A stretch of 64,000 bases of DNA from Clostridia bacterium (GTDB lineage Bacteria > Bacillota > Clostridia > Christensenellales > UBA1242): NCBI GenBank assembly GCA_017409005.1, contig JAFQTP010000002.1, forward strand, positions 34,943-98,942. The letters are read 5' to 3'. The notes under the pieces are model-generated. The model saw only the letters and a program-made list of their open reading frames with translations, made no database searches and had not been told where the DNA came from. The first letter of the stretch is position 1; the number at the start of each line of letters is the position of its first letter. Made by a program: the position numbers and the translations under genes. Shown here piece by piece: positions 46,839 to 56,041 of this stretch.

Positions 46839-48227
46839 ATGACAGAAGTAAAAACAAAAGCAACTATGGATAAAGTTGTTAACCTATGTAAAAACCGCGG
46901 AATAATTTTTCAAGGAAGTGAAATTTATGGCGGAATGGGAAACACTTGGGATTATGGCCCAGTAGGTGTTGAAATTAAAAATAACATTAAACGTGCTTGG
47001 TGGAAAAAATTTGTTCAAGAAAACACTAACACCTTTGGCGTTGACGCTGCAATTTTAATGAACAGCCGTGTTTGGGACGCTAGCGGACACACTGCAAGTT
47101 TTGCTGACCCTAAAATGGATTGTAAAGAATGTAAAACTCGTGGACGTGCCGACAACTTAATTGAAGATTATGCTAAAAAACATAACATTGACGTTAACCC
47201 AGACACCATGACTAACGAACAAATGGAAGCATTTATTGCCGAACATAAAATTGCTTGCCCAAAATGTGGCAAACACAACTGGACAAACATTCGTCAGTTT
47301 AACTTAATGTTTGAAACTAGCCGTGGTGTTACCGACGAAAATCAAAACAAAATTTATTTACGCCCAGAAACAGCACAAGGCGAATTTGTTAACTTTTTAA
47401 ATGTTCAACGCACAATGCGTGCAAAAGTTCCATTTGGTATTGCACAAGTTGGTAAAGCTTTTAGAAACGAAGTAACACCTGGTAACTTTATTTTTAGAAC
47501 TATCGAGTTCGAGCAAATGGAACACCAACTTTTCTGCAAAGAAGGTCAAGACCAAGATTTCTACGAAGAATATAAACAAAAAGCATTCAACTTTTTGTTA
47601 AACATTGGTTTTAATAAAGACCACCTTCGTTTTAAAGACCACGATAAACTTGCACACTATGCTCGTGCTGCTTGCGATATTCAATACTTCTACCCAATGG
47701 GTTGGCAAGAACTAAACGGAATTCATAACCGCACAAACTACGACCTTAGCCGCCACCAAGAATATAGCGGAAAAAGCATGCTTTACCTAGACCCATTTAC
47801 AAACGAAAAATTTGTGCCATGGGTTGTTGAATATAGCATTGGTGCCGACAGATTAATGCTTGCAGTTTTATGCGAAGCATACGACGAAGAACAACTTGAA
47901 AACGAAACTCGCGTTGTTATGCACTTCCACCCAGCACTTGCAGCATATAAAGTTGCAGTATTACCACTTCAAAAACAACAAACAGAAAAAGCTCGTGAAG
48001 TTTATAACGAACTTTCTAAACATTTTATGTGCACATTCGACGAAGCAGGTTCAATTGGAAAACGTTATCGCCGTCAAGACGAAATTGGAACTCCAATTTG
48101 CTTAACCGTTGACTTTGACACATTAGAAAATAACACTGTTACTCTTCGCGACCGCGACACAATGGAACAAATTAGACTTAACATTAACGAAGTTGTTCCT
48201 TATGTGTTAGATAAAATTAAACTATAG
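46839..48227 (+). CDS. glyQS: Glycine--tRNA ligase (homodimeric GlyQS type)
   Basis: 462 aa. The N-terminus has ...CKNRGIIFQGSEIYGG..NTWDYGPVGVE.. and class II motifs are present (FRNEVTPGNFIFRT, YSIGADR). AAAGAGGA RBS. Confidence 0.93.
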   Translation: MTEVKTKATMDKVVNLCKNRGIIFQGSEIYGGMGNTWDYGPVGVEIKNNIKRAWWKKFVQENTNTFGVDAAILMNSRVWDASGHTASFADPKMDCKECKTRGRADNLIEDYAKKHNIDVNPDTMTNEQMEAFIAEHKIACPKCGKHNWTNIRQFNLMFETSRGVTDENQNKIYLRPETAQGEFVNFLNVQRTMRAKVPFGIAQVGKAFRNEVTPGNFIFRTIEFEQMEHQLFCKEGQDQDFYEEYKQKAFNFLLNIGFNKDHLRFKDHDKLAHYARAACDIQYFYPMGWQELNGIHNRTNYDLSRHQEYSGKSMLYLDPFTNEKFVPWVVEYSIGADRLMLAVLCEAYDEEQLENETRVVMHFHPALAAYKVAVLPLQKQQTEKAREVYNELSKHFMCTFDEAGSIGKRYRRQDEIGTPICLTVDFDTLENNTVTLRDRDTMEQIRLNINEVVPYVLDKIKL

Positions 48228-48237
48228 GAAAAAAATA

Positions 48238-48981
48238 ATGTTACAATGCAAACTATGTGGTGGCACCTGCACCGAGGCAAGCAAAAAAGAGGCTGAGCAA
48301 ATTGTTGAACTAATTAAAACCTCTAAAGAATTTACTCATTTACAATCGTATGCTCACTACTACCCATACTGCCCAAAGTGCGGAACCGCGTTTTATAATT
48401 TTAGCGACGAACAAATTAAAATTTTAGAACAAAACAAAAATTCCATTAAACAAATTTATGCCGATAAAACATTTTTAAAAGCCGACCCAAACAAATTTTC
48501 ACTTAATTGCGAATGTGCTGGTTACACTTTTGAACTTGTTGGCATGCACAGCGAAGCCGCTTTTGCTTATGCTGCTGCAGCTGATATATTAAACCTTTGC
48601 TTGGTTAAATATTTGGCAGATAATAAAAAGGAAATTTTAAAAACTTTAGGCGACCCTATTGATTACACAAAACTAAACGATTTTGAAGTTTATAAAAATT
48701 GTATGGAACGCATTGATATTTTGCGCAGGCTTGCACTTGGGCATGTTATTGAAACAAAAAGCAACAAAACCGACCATTTATTTTTATATGTTTCGTTGGT
48801 TATTGATTTTAACAAAGCCGAACTAGCACTTAAAACTTTAGACCAAGTTGAAAGCATGAACTACGAATGGCTTAACGAACCAGTTATTAAAAACACAATT
48901 GCTTGTTTACGAAACAAAGCCCAAGCCTTAATTGATGCAACAACCATTGCAATAGATGTTGATAAACAAAATAAGGAATAA
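48238..48981 (+). CDS. Hypothetical protein with an N-terminal CxxC...CxxC zinc ribbon
   Basis: CKLCGG...CPKCG at the N-terminus, and the remainder looks helical. Probably co-transcribed with glyQS (10-nt gap). Confidence 0.55.
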   Translation: MLQCKLCGGTCTEASKKEAEQIVELIKTSKEFTHLQSYAHYYPYCPKCGTAFYNFSDEQIKILEQNKNSIKQIYADKTFLKADPNKFSLNCECAGYTFELVGMHSEAAFAYAAAADILNLCLVKYLADNKKEILKTLGDPIDYTKLNDFEVYKNCMERIDILRRLALGHVIETKSNKTDHLFLYVSLVIDFNKAELALKTLDQVESMNYEWLNEPVIKNTIACLRNKAQALIDATTIAIDVDKQNKE

Positions 48982-49010
48982 AAAAGAACCCTAAATTGGG
49001 TTCTTTTTAT
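48980..49010. terminator. Bidirectional rho-independent terminator
   Basis: AGAACCC (48985-48991) and GGGTTCT (48998-49004) pair, flanked by A5 and T5. Confidence 0.8.
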
Positions 49011-49014
49011 TTTA

Positions 49015-49413
49015 CTATTTTCGTTGAGCACCACAACCTGGGCAACGGTTTTCTTCCTCTTTTAAACGTGTTCCGCAATATGGACAAATGTCTTTAGTTT
49101 TTTCGTGTTCGATGTTTTCTTTAATTTTATCTTTAACCTTAGTTGCAAGTTCGCTAGTTTTACGTTTTGCTTTTACAACGCTAACAATAATAATAACCGT
49201 AACAACAACAAAAATTACTGAAAAAATTGCAATTGGAATCCAAACAGAAAAACCACCATCGGCACCACCGCCACCACTATGAGTTGAGAAATTGTTAAAA
49301 TTATCCATCATTTCTTCACGTTTTGCTTCAAACTCGTCGTTGGTTCCCCAAATATCTGTTACATCTAGCAATTTAGATATAAACAAACTTAAACTATTCC
49401 ACAATTTAGCCAT
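49015..49413 (-). CDS. Single-TM membrane protein with a C-terminal zinc ribbon
   Basis: AGAGG RBS. The TM is WIPIAIFSVIFVVVTVIIIVSVV and the C-terminus is CPYCGTRLKEEENRCPGCG. Confidence 0.6.
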   Translation of the reverse strand: MAKLWNSLSLFISKLLDVTDIWGTNDEFEAKREEMMDNFNNFSTHSGGGGADGGFSVWIPIAIFSVIFVVVTVIIIVSVVKAKRKTSELATKVKDKIKENIEHEKTKDICPYCGTRLKEEENRCPGCGAQRK

Positions 49414-49424
49414 TTACAAACCTC

Positions 49425-49958
49425 TTATAGTTTAGATTTGCAATTTGGGCAAACTTCAACAGTTGGTTGTAGGCGGCAACCACAATAAGGACATGCGGTT
49501 AGGCTTGCACGTTCTTGAGCTTTCTTTTCGTCTAAAGCTTTTTGTTCGGCTTTAATTCGAGCATCTACATTAATATCTTGTTTAGCAATTTTAAGTAAAA
49601 TTGTTCCAAAAAATAAACCAGAAATAATAATTGCTGCGCAAATTAAAGCTGTTTCCCAAGCAAAACCAGTTGCAACATTATAAATTAAAAAAGCAAGTGC
49701 AACACCACTAAGACCAAACAAAACTAGTCCTGATGTTAAATTTAAGCTTTTAGAATTTAAAACTTTTGGTGGATTTAAAACAACACCAACAATAGAAAAC
49801 ATAACAGCTGCAACAATTAAACCAATGTTAAAACCAATATTTAAACCAAAATCGCCATTTGATTTAACCATCACATAAACAAAATATCCAACTGCTGCTA
49901 AGCTTAAAAGATAGCAAATAATGCTAAAAGCTTTAATACCTTTACTATTTTTTACCAT
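49425..49958 (-). CDS. Four-TM membrane protein with a C-terminal zinc ribbon
   Basis: TAGGAG RBS, four hydrophobic segments, C-terminus CPYCGCRLQPTVEVCPNC. Confidence 0.6.
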   Translation of the reverse strand: MVKNSKGIKAFSIICYLLSLAAVGYFVYVMVKSNGDFGLNIGFNIGLIVAAVMFSIVGVVLNPPKVLNSKSLNLTSGLVLFGLSGVALAFLIYNVATGFAWETALICAAIIISGLFFGTILLKIAKQDINVDARIKAEQKALDEKKAQERASLTACPYCGCRLQPTVEVCPNCKSKL

Positions 49959-50083
49959 AGTTAACTCCTAAAATTTATTAATTACAAAATAATAATAACA
50001 CTAAATAAAAAAAATGAAAAGTTAATTATTTAAATTAAACTTATTACATAAAACTAATTTTAAACCCAACAAACAAAAAGGTG

Positions 50084-50112
50084 TTGCAAAAACAAAAAAA
50101 TTAATATATACT
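50084..50112 (+). promoter_or_regulatory. Sigma-A-type promoter for tRNA-Glu
   Basis: TTGCAA (50084-50089), a 17-nt spacer, then TATACT (50107-50112), about 17 nt upstream of the tRNA 5' end. Confidence 0.5.
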
Positions 50113-50128
50113 AACAATGCTTATTTAT

Positions 50129-50203
50129 GGCCGTATGGTCAAGCGGTTAAGACGTCGCCCTCTCACGGCGGAATCCGGGGTTCGATTCCCCGTACGGCTA
50201 CCA
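50129..50203 (+). tRNA. tRNA-Glu (anticodon CUC), CCA encoded
   Basis: Folds by hand as GGCCGTA/TG/GTC-AAGCGGTTAA-GAC/G/TCGCC-CTCTCAC-GGCGG/AATC/CGGGG-TTCGATT-CCCCG/TACGGCT/A/CCA. It is very close to the Bacillus tRNA-Glu scaffold, but the anticodon loop reads C-U-CUC-A-C. Confidence 0.9.
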
Positions 50204-50258
50204 TAACTAATTAAAGATGCTATTAGTTTAGCTTCTTTTTTTATTTAAAAATTTGGTA

Positions 50259-50287
50259 TTGCAAATTAAAGTAAAATAATATATACT
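50259..50287 (+). promoter_or_regulatory. Sigma-A-type promoter
   Basis: TTGCAA (50259-50264), a 17-nt spacer, then TATACT (50282-50287). Confidence 0.45.
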
Positions 50288-50347
50288 TTATATGCAAAAT
50301 AAATTTAAATTTTCAAACATACACTTTTAAAGTTGGAGTTAGTTAAT

Positions 50348-50668
50348 ATGACACGTTTTGAAGCAAACCAATTATATTCAAAAAAACAACAAAATTTACT
50401 TCGCCGTCGCGATTTAATTAAACAAATAAGAAGAAAAGCTGGCTGGTATCAGTTTTTTGCCTTGTTATTTTTGGCTGGCGGTTTATTTTTAGAAGTTTGG
50501 ATGCGCATTCAAAAAATTGAAAGCGTGCTTTATATGGGTATTGCAATTGGATTATTATTTTTTGGAATTAGTTTCCAAGTTGCATCGGTAATAAATTTTG
50601 GTAAAGCAAAAAAACATTTAAGTGGGCAAACCGTTAATGCTTCAACCAACCCTAAAAACTGGGTTTAA
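50348..50668 (+). CDS. Small two-TM membrane protein
   Basis: ATG at 50348 lies 9 nt after GGAG (the track ORF starts at TTG 50333). Two hydrophobic segments. No family recognised. Confidence 0.5.
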   Translation: MTRFEANQLYSKKQQNLLRRRDLIKQIRRKAGWYQFFALLFLAGGLFLEVWMRIQKIESVLYMGIAIGLLFFGISFQVASVINFGKAKKHLSGQTVNASTNPKNWV

Positions 50669-50682
50669 TTAAAAACAGATTT

Positions 50683-50716
50683 AAAAAAACCACCAATTTG
50701 GTGGTTTTATTTTTTT
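50683..50716. terminator. Bidirectional rho-independent terminator
   Basis: AACCACC (50688-50694) and GGTGGTT (50700-50706) pair, flanked by A7 and TTATTTTTTT. Confidence 0.75.
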
Positions 50717-50735
50717 GTTACATTACAAATGTTAA

Positions 50736-52262
50736 TTACATTAGTGGAGCAAAAAATTTTAAGAACGACGCTGCAACTTTTTCGTACCACTTACGTTGTT
50801 TAATATCTCTAAGTGTAACTAAGTGGCTACTTCCTATAACGCTATCAACATCTTGCTTAACAGCATTAACTGTTTTAGAGTTATGAATTACAACGCCAGC
50901 TTCGAAGTGTAAATATAAACTTCTAAAATCGAAGTTAGTTGAGCCAACAATTGCAGTTGTGTCGTCGGTTACAACAATTTTTGCATGAACAAACCCAGGA
51001 GAATATTCATAAATTTTTACGCCCGACTTAATAAGTTCGGAATAATACGACCTACTTAAATAGAATATCCATTTTTTATCAGGTATGCCTGGCATAATAA
51101 TTCTAACATCAACACCGCTAAGTGCAGCAAGTTTAAGTGCCTGCATCATTTCGCTATCGATAATAAAATATGGAGTGGTTATGTAAATATATTTTTGAGC
51201 AGCAGTAATTGCTTTCATAAATGTGTTGTGTGCAACAGCAATTTTGTTAATTGGACCAGTGGCATAAGGCTGAACAAACTCTTTGTTTTTAGGATTTTTA
51301 TCGTAATCTACCTTATATTTTTTTACGTCAACAACTTTTTTAGTTGCAGCTTGCCAACTGTTAAAGAACGAAACAATAAAACTCCAAACTGCCGGACCAG
51401 TAATTTTAACTGCGGCATCTTTCCAATGACCATGAACTTCCTTAATGTTTGCATATTCGTCGGCAACATTAATGCCACCAGTAAAGGCAACTTGACCATC
51501 TACAACCACAATTTTGCGGTGGTTACGATATTGCGAAAATGTGCTAACTGTTGGAATAGGCTTATTAAACGGAACAGCGTCTATGCCGTGGTTTATAAGT
51601 TTTTTAAACAACTTTTTATCGTCAAACCTATCGGCACAACCAAAATCATCGTAAACCATTTTAATTTCAATGCCTTCGCGGGCTTTCATTCTAAGCAAGT
51701 GGAACATTTCTTCCCAAATTTTGCCAGATTCAATTATGTAATATTCAAGCAAAATATATTTTTTTGCGCCTTTAATTGCTTCAAATAATTCTTCAAAATA
51801 AACTTCGCCACTTTTTAAATAAGTAGTGCTTGAATCAGAATAAACTGGCCATTTTTCAGTATTCAACAAAAACTTAGATAAATTTGCTGAATCGCCATCG
51901 AACTTAGAAAGTTGTTCCATGGTTTCACTTGATTGGTCTAGCACTTTATAAGAAGTGTAACTAATGTTTTGATAATATTTTCTAAGTTTTCTAGAGCCAT
52001 GATTGTTTTTTAGTTGAAAATATAGTGTAACACCAAACACTGGAAGTGCAGCAATTATAACAATCCACATAATTTTATAAGACGAACTTCCGTAATCGTT
52101 GTTAATAAAACCAACTAAAATTAAAATGGCTAAAACAGAACATATAGTGTAAACATAAGGGCTAACAAAAAAAGTGAACAGCACAAAAATTGCTACGTTA
52201 ATTAAAAACGTAAACACTAATAAAAATTTTGTAGATGTTAAAAATTTTACTAATTTTTTCAT
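50736..52262 (-). CDS. cls: Cardiolipin synthase (phospholipase D family, two HKD motifs)
   Basis: Two N-terminal TM segments. HKD motifs are HRKIVVVDGQVAFTGGINV and HAKIVVTDDTTAIVGSTNFD. Confidence 0.9.
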   Translation of the reverse strand: MKKLVKFLTSTKFLLVFTFLINVAIFVLFTFFVSPYVYTICSVLAILILVGFINNDYGSSSYKIMWIVIIAALPVFGVTLYFQLKNNHGSRKLRKYYQNISYTSYKVLDQSSETMEQLSKFDGDSANLSKFLLNTEKWPVYSDSSTTYLKSGEVYFEELFEAIKGAKKYILLEYYIIESGKIWEEMFHLLRMKAREGIEIKMVYDDFGCADRFDDKKLFKKLINHGIDAVPFNKPIPTVSTFSQYRNHRKIVVVDGQVAFTGGINVADEYANIKEVHGHWKDAAVKITGPAVWSFIVSFFNSWQAATKKVVDVKKYKVDYDKNPKNKEFVQPYATGPINKIAVAHNTFMKAITAAQKYIYITTPYFIIDSEMMQALKLAALSGVDVRIIMPGIPDKKWIFYLSRSYYSELIKSGVKIYEYSPGFVHAKIVVTDDTTAIVGSTNFDFRSLYLHFEAGVVIHNSKTVNAVKQDVDSVIGSSHLVTLRDIKQRKWYEKVAASFLKFFAPLM

Positions 52263-52458
52263 TTTTGTCCTTTTAATATTTTAAAAATTTTTCTGCCCTT
52301 TAGCCATAATATGGGTTATAAAACCCCCATATATAATATATATTATCACATAAACTTTATTTTTACAATTATTTTGTGTAAACAACCATTAAATTAGCCA
52401 ACAAAACAAACTTCTTTGTTAGCCATTTTGCCACATTTTTCTACATTAATTAAAAATA

Positions 52459-52492
52459 AAATGCAGGGTAGTTTTTATACTCTGCATTTTAT
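52459..52492 (-). terminator. Possible terminator after the 52515-53030 gene
   Basis: AATGCAG ... CTGCATT arms with a large loop, and a T-rich tail on the minus strand. Confidence 0.4.
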
Positions 52493-52514
52493 TATACTAA
52501 AACAAATTTTATTA

Positions 52515-53030
52515 TTAATTGTTTAATTTTGCACCAGCACCAGAACTTTCGTGCTCTAATTTTACCTCGGCATTTTGCTGGTTATTATTTTTGTTTGTTT
52601 GTGTGCTGCATTTTTTAGGTGTAAAACCGCTTTTAAACTCTTTGCTTGAATTTATTAGCCTTGCCATTTGGCTAAAGTTTGCACAAGCAAACATTTCTAG
52701 TGCAACAAGCAAATATCCAATTTTAATTTGAGCATAACTAGAACATGCAAAAATTAAAACAACCATAAACACCATAATTAAACCAAGCAGTGCCATTATT
52801 TCCATAACTTTAACATATTTGTAATTATCTTGAAATAAGTTGATTATTGCAAAAACAACTAACGCAACCAAACTTAAAATTAAAATTGAATTAAACAAAT
52901 AAAACATAACTTTAATAAATCCACTTTCCTCGCCCACAAATGCAAATTTACTAATTGGTAAAATAAAAGTAAATAAAGTAAGCAACCCAAACGAAAGCAA
53001 ACAAATGTTTAAAATCTTTTTATTTCTCAT
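52515..53030 (-). CDS. Polytopic membrane protein, unknown function
   Basis: The preferred start is ATG at 53030 behind GGAG (MRNKKILNI...). About 4 TM segments and a polar C-terminal tail. Confidence 0.55.
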   Translation of the reverse strand: MRNKKILNICLLSFGLLTLFTFILPISKFAFVGEESGFIKVMFYLFNSILILSLVALVVFAIINLFQDNYKYVKVMEIMALLGLIMVFMVVLIFACSSYAQIKIGYLLVALEMFACANFSQMARLINSSKEFKSGFTPKKCSTQTNKNNNQQNAEVKLEHESSGAGAKLNN

Positions 53031-53153
53031 AACAAAATCTCCTAAAACAAGTATTTCCAACAAACTTAATGTTAATTCTAAAACTTATATATTTTGTTTT
53101 TAAAAATTTTGTTACAAAAAAGCACACAAACCTGTGTGCTAATTTTTGCTATA

Positions 53154-53693
53154 CTAAATTTCGCCTTCTAAACGTTTTACTTTATAAAGTTCAATGGCAT
53201 CGGTAACAGCTTTAAGTGCATGTTCACGTCCACCAAGTTCTTTAACTTCAACCTTTTTATCTTCAAGTTCTTTATAAACTCGCAAGAAGTGCATAAGTTC
53301 GTCGAAGATGTGTTGTGGAAGTTCGGAAATATCGTGATAGTTGTTATATTGTGGGTCGCCAAACGGAATGGCAATAATTTTTTCGTCGCTCTCTTCCCTG
53401 TCGGTCATGGTTACAACACCAATAGGATAGCACTCTACCAAACACATGTGTGTAATTGGTTGGCTACACAAAACAAACACATCTAGTGGGTCGTGGTCGC
53501 CACAATAAGTTAAAGGAATAAAACCATAGTTCATTGGATAGTGTGTGCTGGTATAAAGCACGCGGTCCATTTTAAGAAGTCCGGTTTCTTTATCTAATTC
53601 ATATTTTAATTTGCTACCTTGTTCAATTTCAATAACAGCAACAAAGTGTTCAGGTGTAATACGTTTTGGGTGTATATCTTTCCAAATATTCAT
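53154..53693 (-). CDS. ppa: Inorganic pyrophosphatase, family I
   Basis: 179 aa with VIEIEQGSKLKYELDKETG, NYGFIP.T...DHDPLDV and DEKIIA, all family I PPase motifs. GGAGGAAG RBS. Confidence 0.9.
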   Translation of the reverse strand: MNIWKDIHPKRITPEHFVAVIEIEQGSKLKYELDKETGLLKMDRVLYTSTHYPMNYGFIPLTYCGDHDPLDVFVLCSQPITHMCLVECYPIGVVTMTDREESDEKIIAIPFGDPQYNNYHDISELPQHIFDELMHFLRVYKELEDKKVEVKELGGREHALKAVTDAIELYKVKRLEGEI

Positions 53694-53824
53694 TTTTCTT
53701 CCTCCTAGTAAAAATGCGTGTTATCATTCTAGCACACTAAACTAAAAAACGGAAGTAGTAATTTTAAGTTTTTTAAAAATTGTATAAGCCACGCTTTTAA
53801 AACATAAAATAATTAAAATAGTAG

Positions 53825-54508
53825 TTGTTTATAAATTTGAATAAATTTAAGTTTATGACAAAAAATGTGAGTTTAATGTCGGAAACAATAAAAGAACTAA
53901 TTATTAATATGTTTAGCGGAAACCCAATGCTTGCAACCTTTATAATTGCAATGCTACCCATTTTTGAACTTAGGGGTGCCATACCCTTTGGCATGAGCAC
54001 GCAAATTTGGGGAACCACTGCCCTAAGCCCAGTGGTTAGTTTTTTAACAAGTTTTTTAGCAACCAGTTTAGTTGTTCCCATAATCACCTTAATTTTTATT
54101 CCACTATTAAACGCACTAAAGCGTAGCCTCTGGTTTAAAAGTTTGGCAAGTAAATTTGAAGAACGCATAAAAACCAAATCAGACAAAATTAAAACAAAAG
54201 GAACTGGCACATTAAAAAAGATGTTGGGTGTTGGGCTGTTTGTTGCAATACCACTTCCATTAACCGGTGTTTATACCGGCACATGCATTGCTGTTATGCT
54301 TGGACTAAATTTTTACGAAACCCTAATAAGCGTTGTTGCAGGCAACCTTATTGCCGGATTAATTATGCTTGGCATTTCTACCATTTTTAAAAACAACAGC
54401 TTACTTGTTATTGCTATATTTATTATTTTACTAGTAATATTTATTCTTATAAACTTAACTAAAAAGTTAATTCAAAAACTACGGTCAAAAGTAAAAAGCC
54501 CCGATTAA
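53825..54508 (+). CDS. Small multidrug-export-like membrane protein (COG2426 / Sm_multidrug_ex family)
   Basis: LPIFELRGAIPFG near the N-terminus and about 5 TM segments. The start codon is uncertain (candidates 53825, 53855, 53876; no clear RBS). Confidence 0.6.
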   Translation: MFINLNKFKFMTKNVSLMSETIKELIINMFSGNPMLATFIIAMLPIFELRGAIPFGMSTQIWGTTALSPVVSFLTSFLATSLVVPIITLIFIPLLNALKRSLWFKSLASKFEERIKTKSDKIKTKGTGTLKKMLGVGLFVAIPLPLTGVYTGTCIAVMLGLNFYETLISVVAGNLIAGLIMLGISTIFKNNSLLVIAIFIILLVIFILINLTKKLIQKLRSKVKSPD

Positions 54509-54532
54509 TTAAATCAGGACTTTTTTATTATT

Positions 54533-55018
54533 TTAAGATTTAAGTGCAAAACTAAAACTTGTGATTGCTGAAACAGCCATAACAACCGGACCTGCATGTG
54601 GGAAAACTGCCCACGAACTATATTCGGTTGAACCAAAACGAAGAACACACCCAACAACAAATGTTACTATAAACATAACTGCAACAATAATCGATACAAT
54701 TGTTGTCCATTTTAAAATGGTTGCAAGTATTTTGTTGTTAAGTAAAGTTTGCACAATAAGTAAAACCATTGTAACACCAATTAACACAAGCAAAATTATC
54801 ATAATAACATAAGACATTTGCCAAACCCACAAATTATCTAATTTAAGGCTTAACACTTCTACCCACTCTAAAAACGAATCGATTGATTGTTTATGTGTTG
54901 ATACATCGCCAGTATATAGTGTTGTCATGGTTAAAACAAACGGAAACAGCATCGATAAAAATGCTAACACGCCAAACAAACAACTAACAACTTTTAAAAT
55001 AAGTTTTTTAGTTTGCAT
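54533..55018 (-). CDS. Four-TM membrane protein, unknown function
   Basis: GGTGGGTG RBS, 161 aa, hydrophobic. Confidence 0.55.
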   Translation of the reverse strand: MQTKKLILKVVSCLFGVLAFLSMLFPFVLTMTTLYTGDVSTHKQSIDSFLEWVEVLSLKLDNLWVWQMSYVIMIILLVLIGVTMVLLIVQTLLNNKILATILKWTTIVSIIVAVMFIVTFVVGCVLRFGSTEYSSWAVFPHAGPVVMAVSAITSFSFALKS

Positions 55019-55031
55019 AAATCACCCACCA

Positions 55032-55853
55032 TTATTTTTCAACTTTTTTATTTTTGCTTTTTAGTTTTCCACCACCAAATAGTTTGTTAATCATAAATAG
55101 TTCAAATCTAACTGGGAAGAAACGAAGCAAGAAGTGAAATAAATTAAAGCTTCGGCTAACAATTTTCATTGGAGCACTTTTACGTTTGTAGGTTTGGTTA
55201 ACAATAACGTTTGCAACACGTTCTGGAGGCATACGTTTTTCTTCGTGCCTATCAACAAACGCAACAGCTTGTTCAACTCTGTCGCCATAACGCTCGTTAG
55301 TTTCAAAGTTTTTTACACGATTTTTACTGAAGTTGCTTTTAACATCTCCAGGGCAAATTGCACACACATCAATACCTGCTTCGCATAGCTCCATGCGTTG
55401 TGCATAAGAATAAAACAACACAGCAGCCTTACTTGTGCAATACATTCCTCTAAACGGAACGCTCCAAATACCGCAAGCGCTAGAAATATTAATAATTTTT
55501 GCACCACTTTTCATGTATGGCAAACTATACTTGCTACACAAGTGAACGCCTAAAACATTAACGTCCATAATTTTACGGAAAGTTTCGGTAGGAATTAATT
55601 CAAGAGCACCACTAACACCAAAACCTGCACAGTTAACCAAAACGTCAATGTGTCCGTATTTTTCACCAATTGATGTAATAGTGTTTTTAACTTCTTCTTC
55701 GTTAGAAACATCACAAACATAACTAAAATCTGGATATTCTTCGTCAACTTCTCTAGCCAAACTTAAAACTAAGTCTCCTTTTTTTCTAAACATATCGGCA
55801 GTACATTTTCCAATACCACTGCTTCCGCCAGTCATAATAATAACTTTATTCAT
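55032..55853 (-). CDS. Short-chain dehydrogenase/reductase (SDR) family oxidoreductase
   Basis: Cofactor-binding motif TGGSSGIG, NCAG, and catalytic S...YCTSKAA. Confidence 0.85.
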   Translation of the reverse strand: MNKVIIMTGGSSGIGKCTADMFRKKGDLVLSLAREVDEEYPDFSYVCDVSNEEEVKNTITSIGEKYGHIDVLVNCAGFGVSGALELIPTETFRKIMDVNVLGVHLCSKYSLPYMKSGAKIINISSACGIWSVPFRGMYCTSKAAVLFYSYAQRMELCEAGIDVCAICPGDVKSNFSKNRVKNFETNERYGDRVEQAVAFVDRHEEKRMPPERVANVIVNQTYKRKSAPMKIVSRSFNLFHFLLRFFPVRFELFMINKLFGGGKLKSKNKKVEK

Positions 55854-56041
55854 TTTAATCTCCTTAATTTAACAAACTAATTTTACTACTCAAACCACAT
55901 TTACACCAAACAAATAAAGCAAAAACTATAACTTTATTTTTTTTAATATAATTTGTAACACTTATTTAATTGCCCACATACTATGAAGTGTATAAGCAAT
56001 AAGCATTAGTTAAGTTTGGTTTGCTCGCCTGTTTTAACCAT

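Noticed and set aside
51195-51788. A 197-aa plus-strand ORF inside cls
   Set aside because: It is antisense to a gene with two clear HKD motifs and has no RBS. The translation is Asn/Phe-rich.
53797-54210. A 137-aa minus-strand ORF overlapping the Sm_multidrug_ex-like gene
   Set aside because: The plus-strand frame carries the conserved LPIFELRGAIPFG motif and a coherent TM pattern. The minus-strand frame has none.
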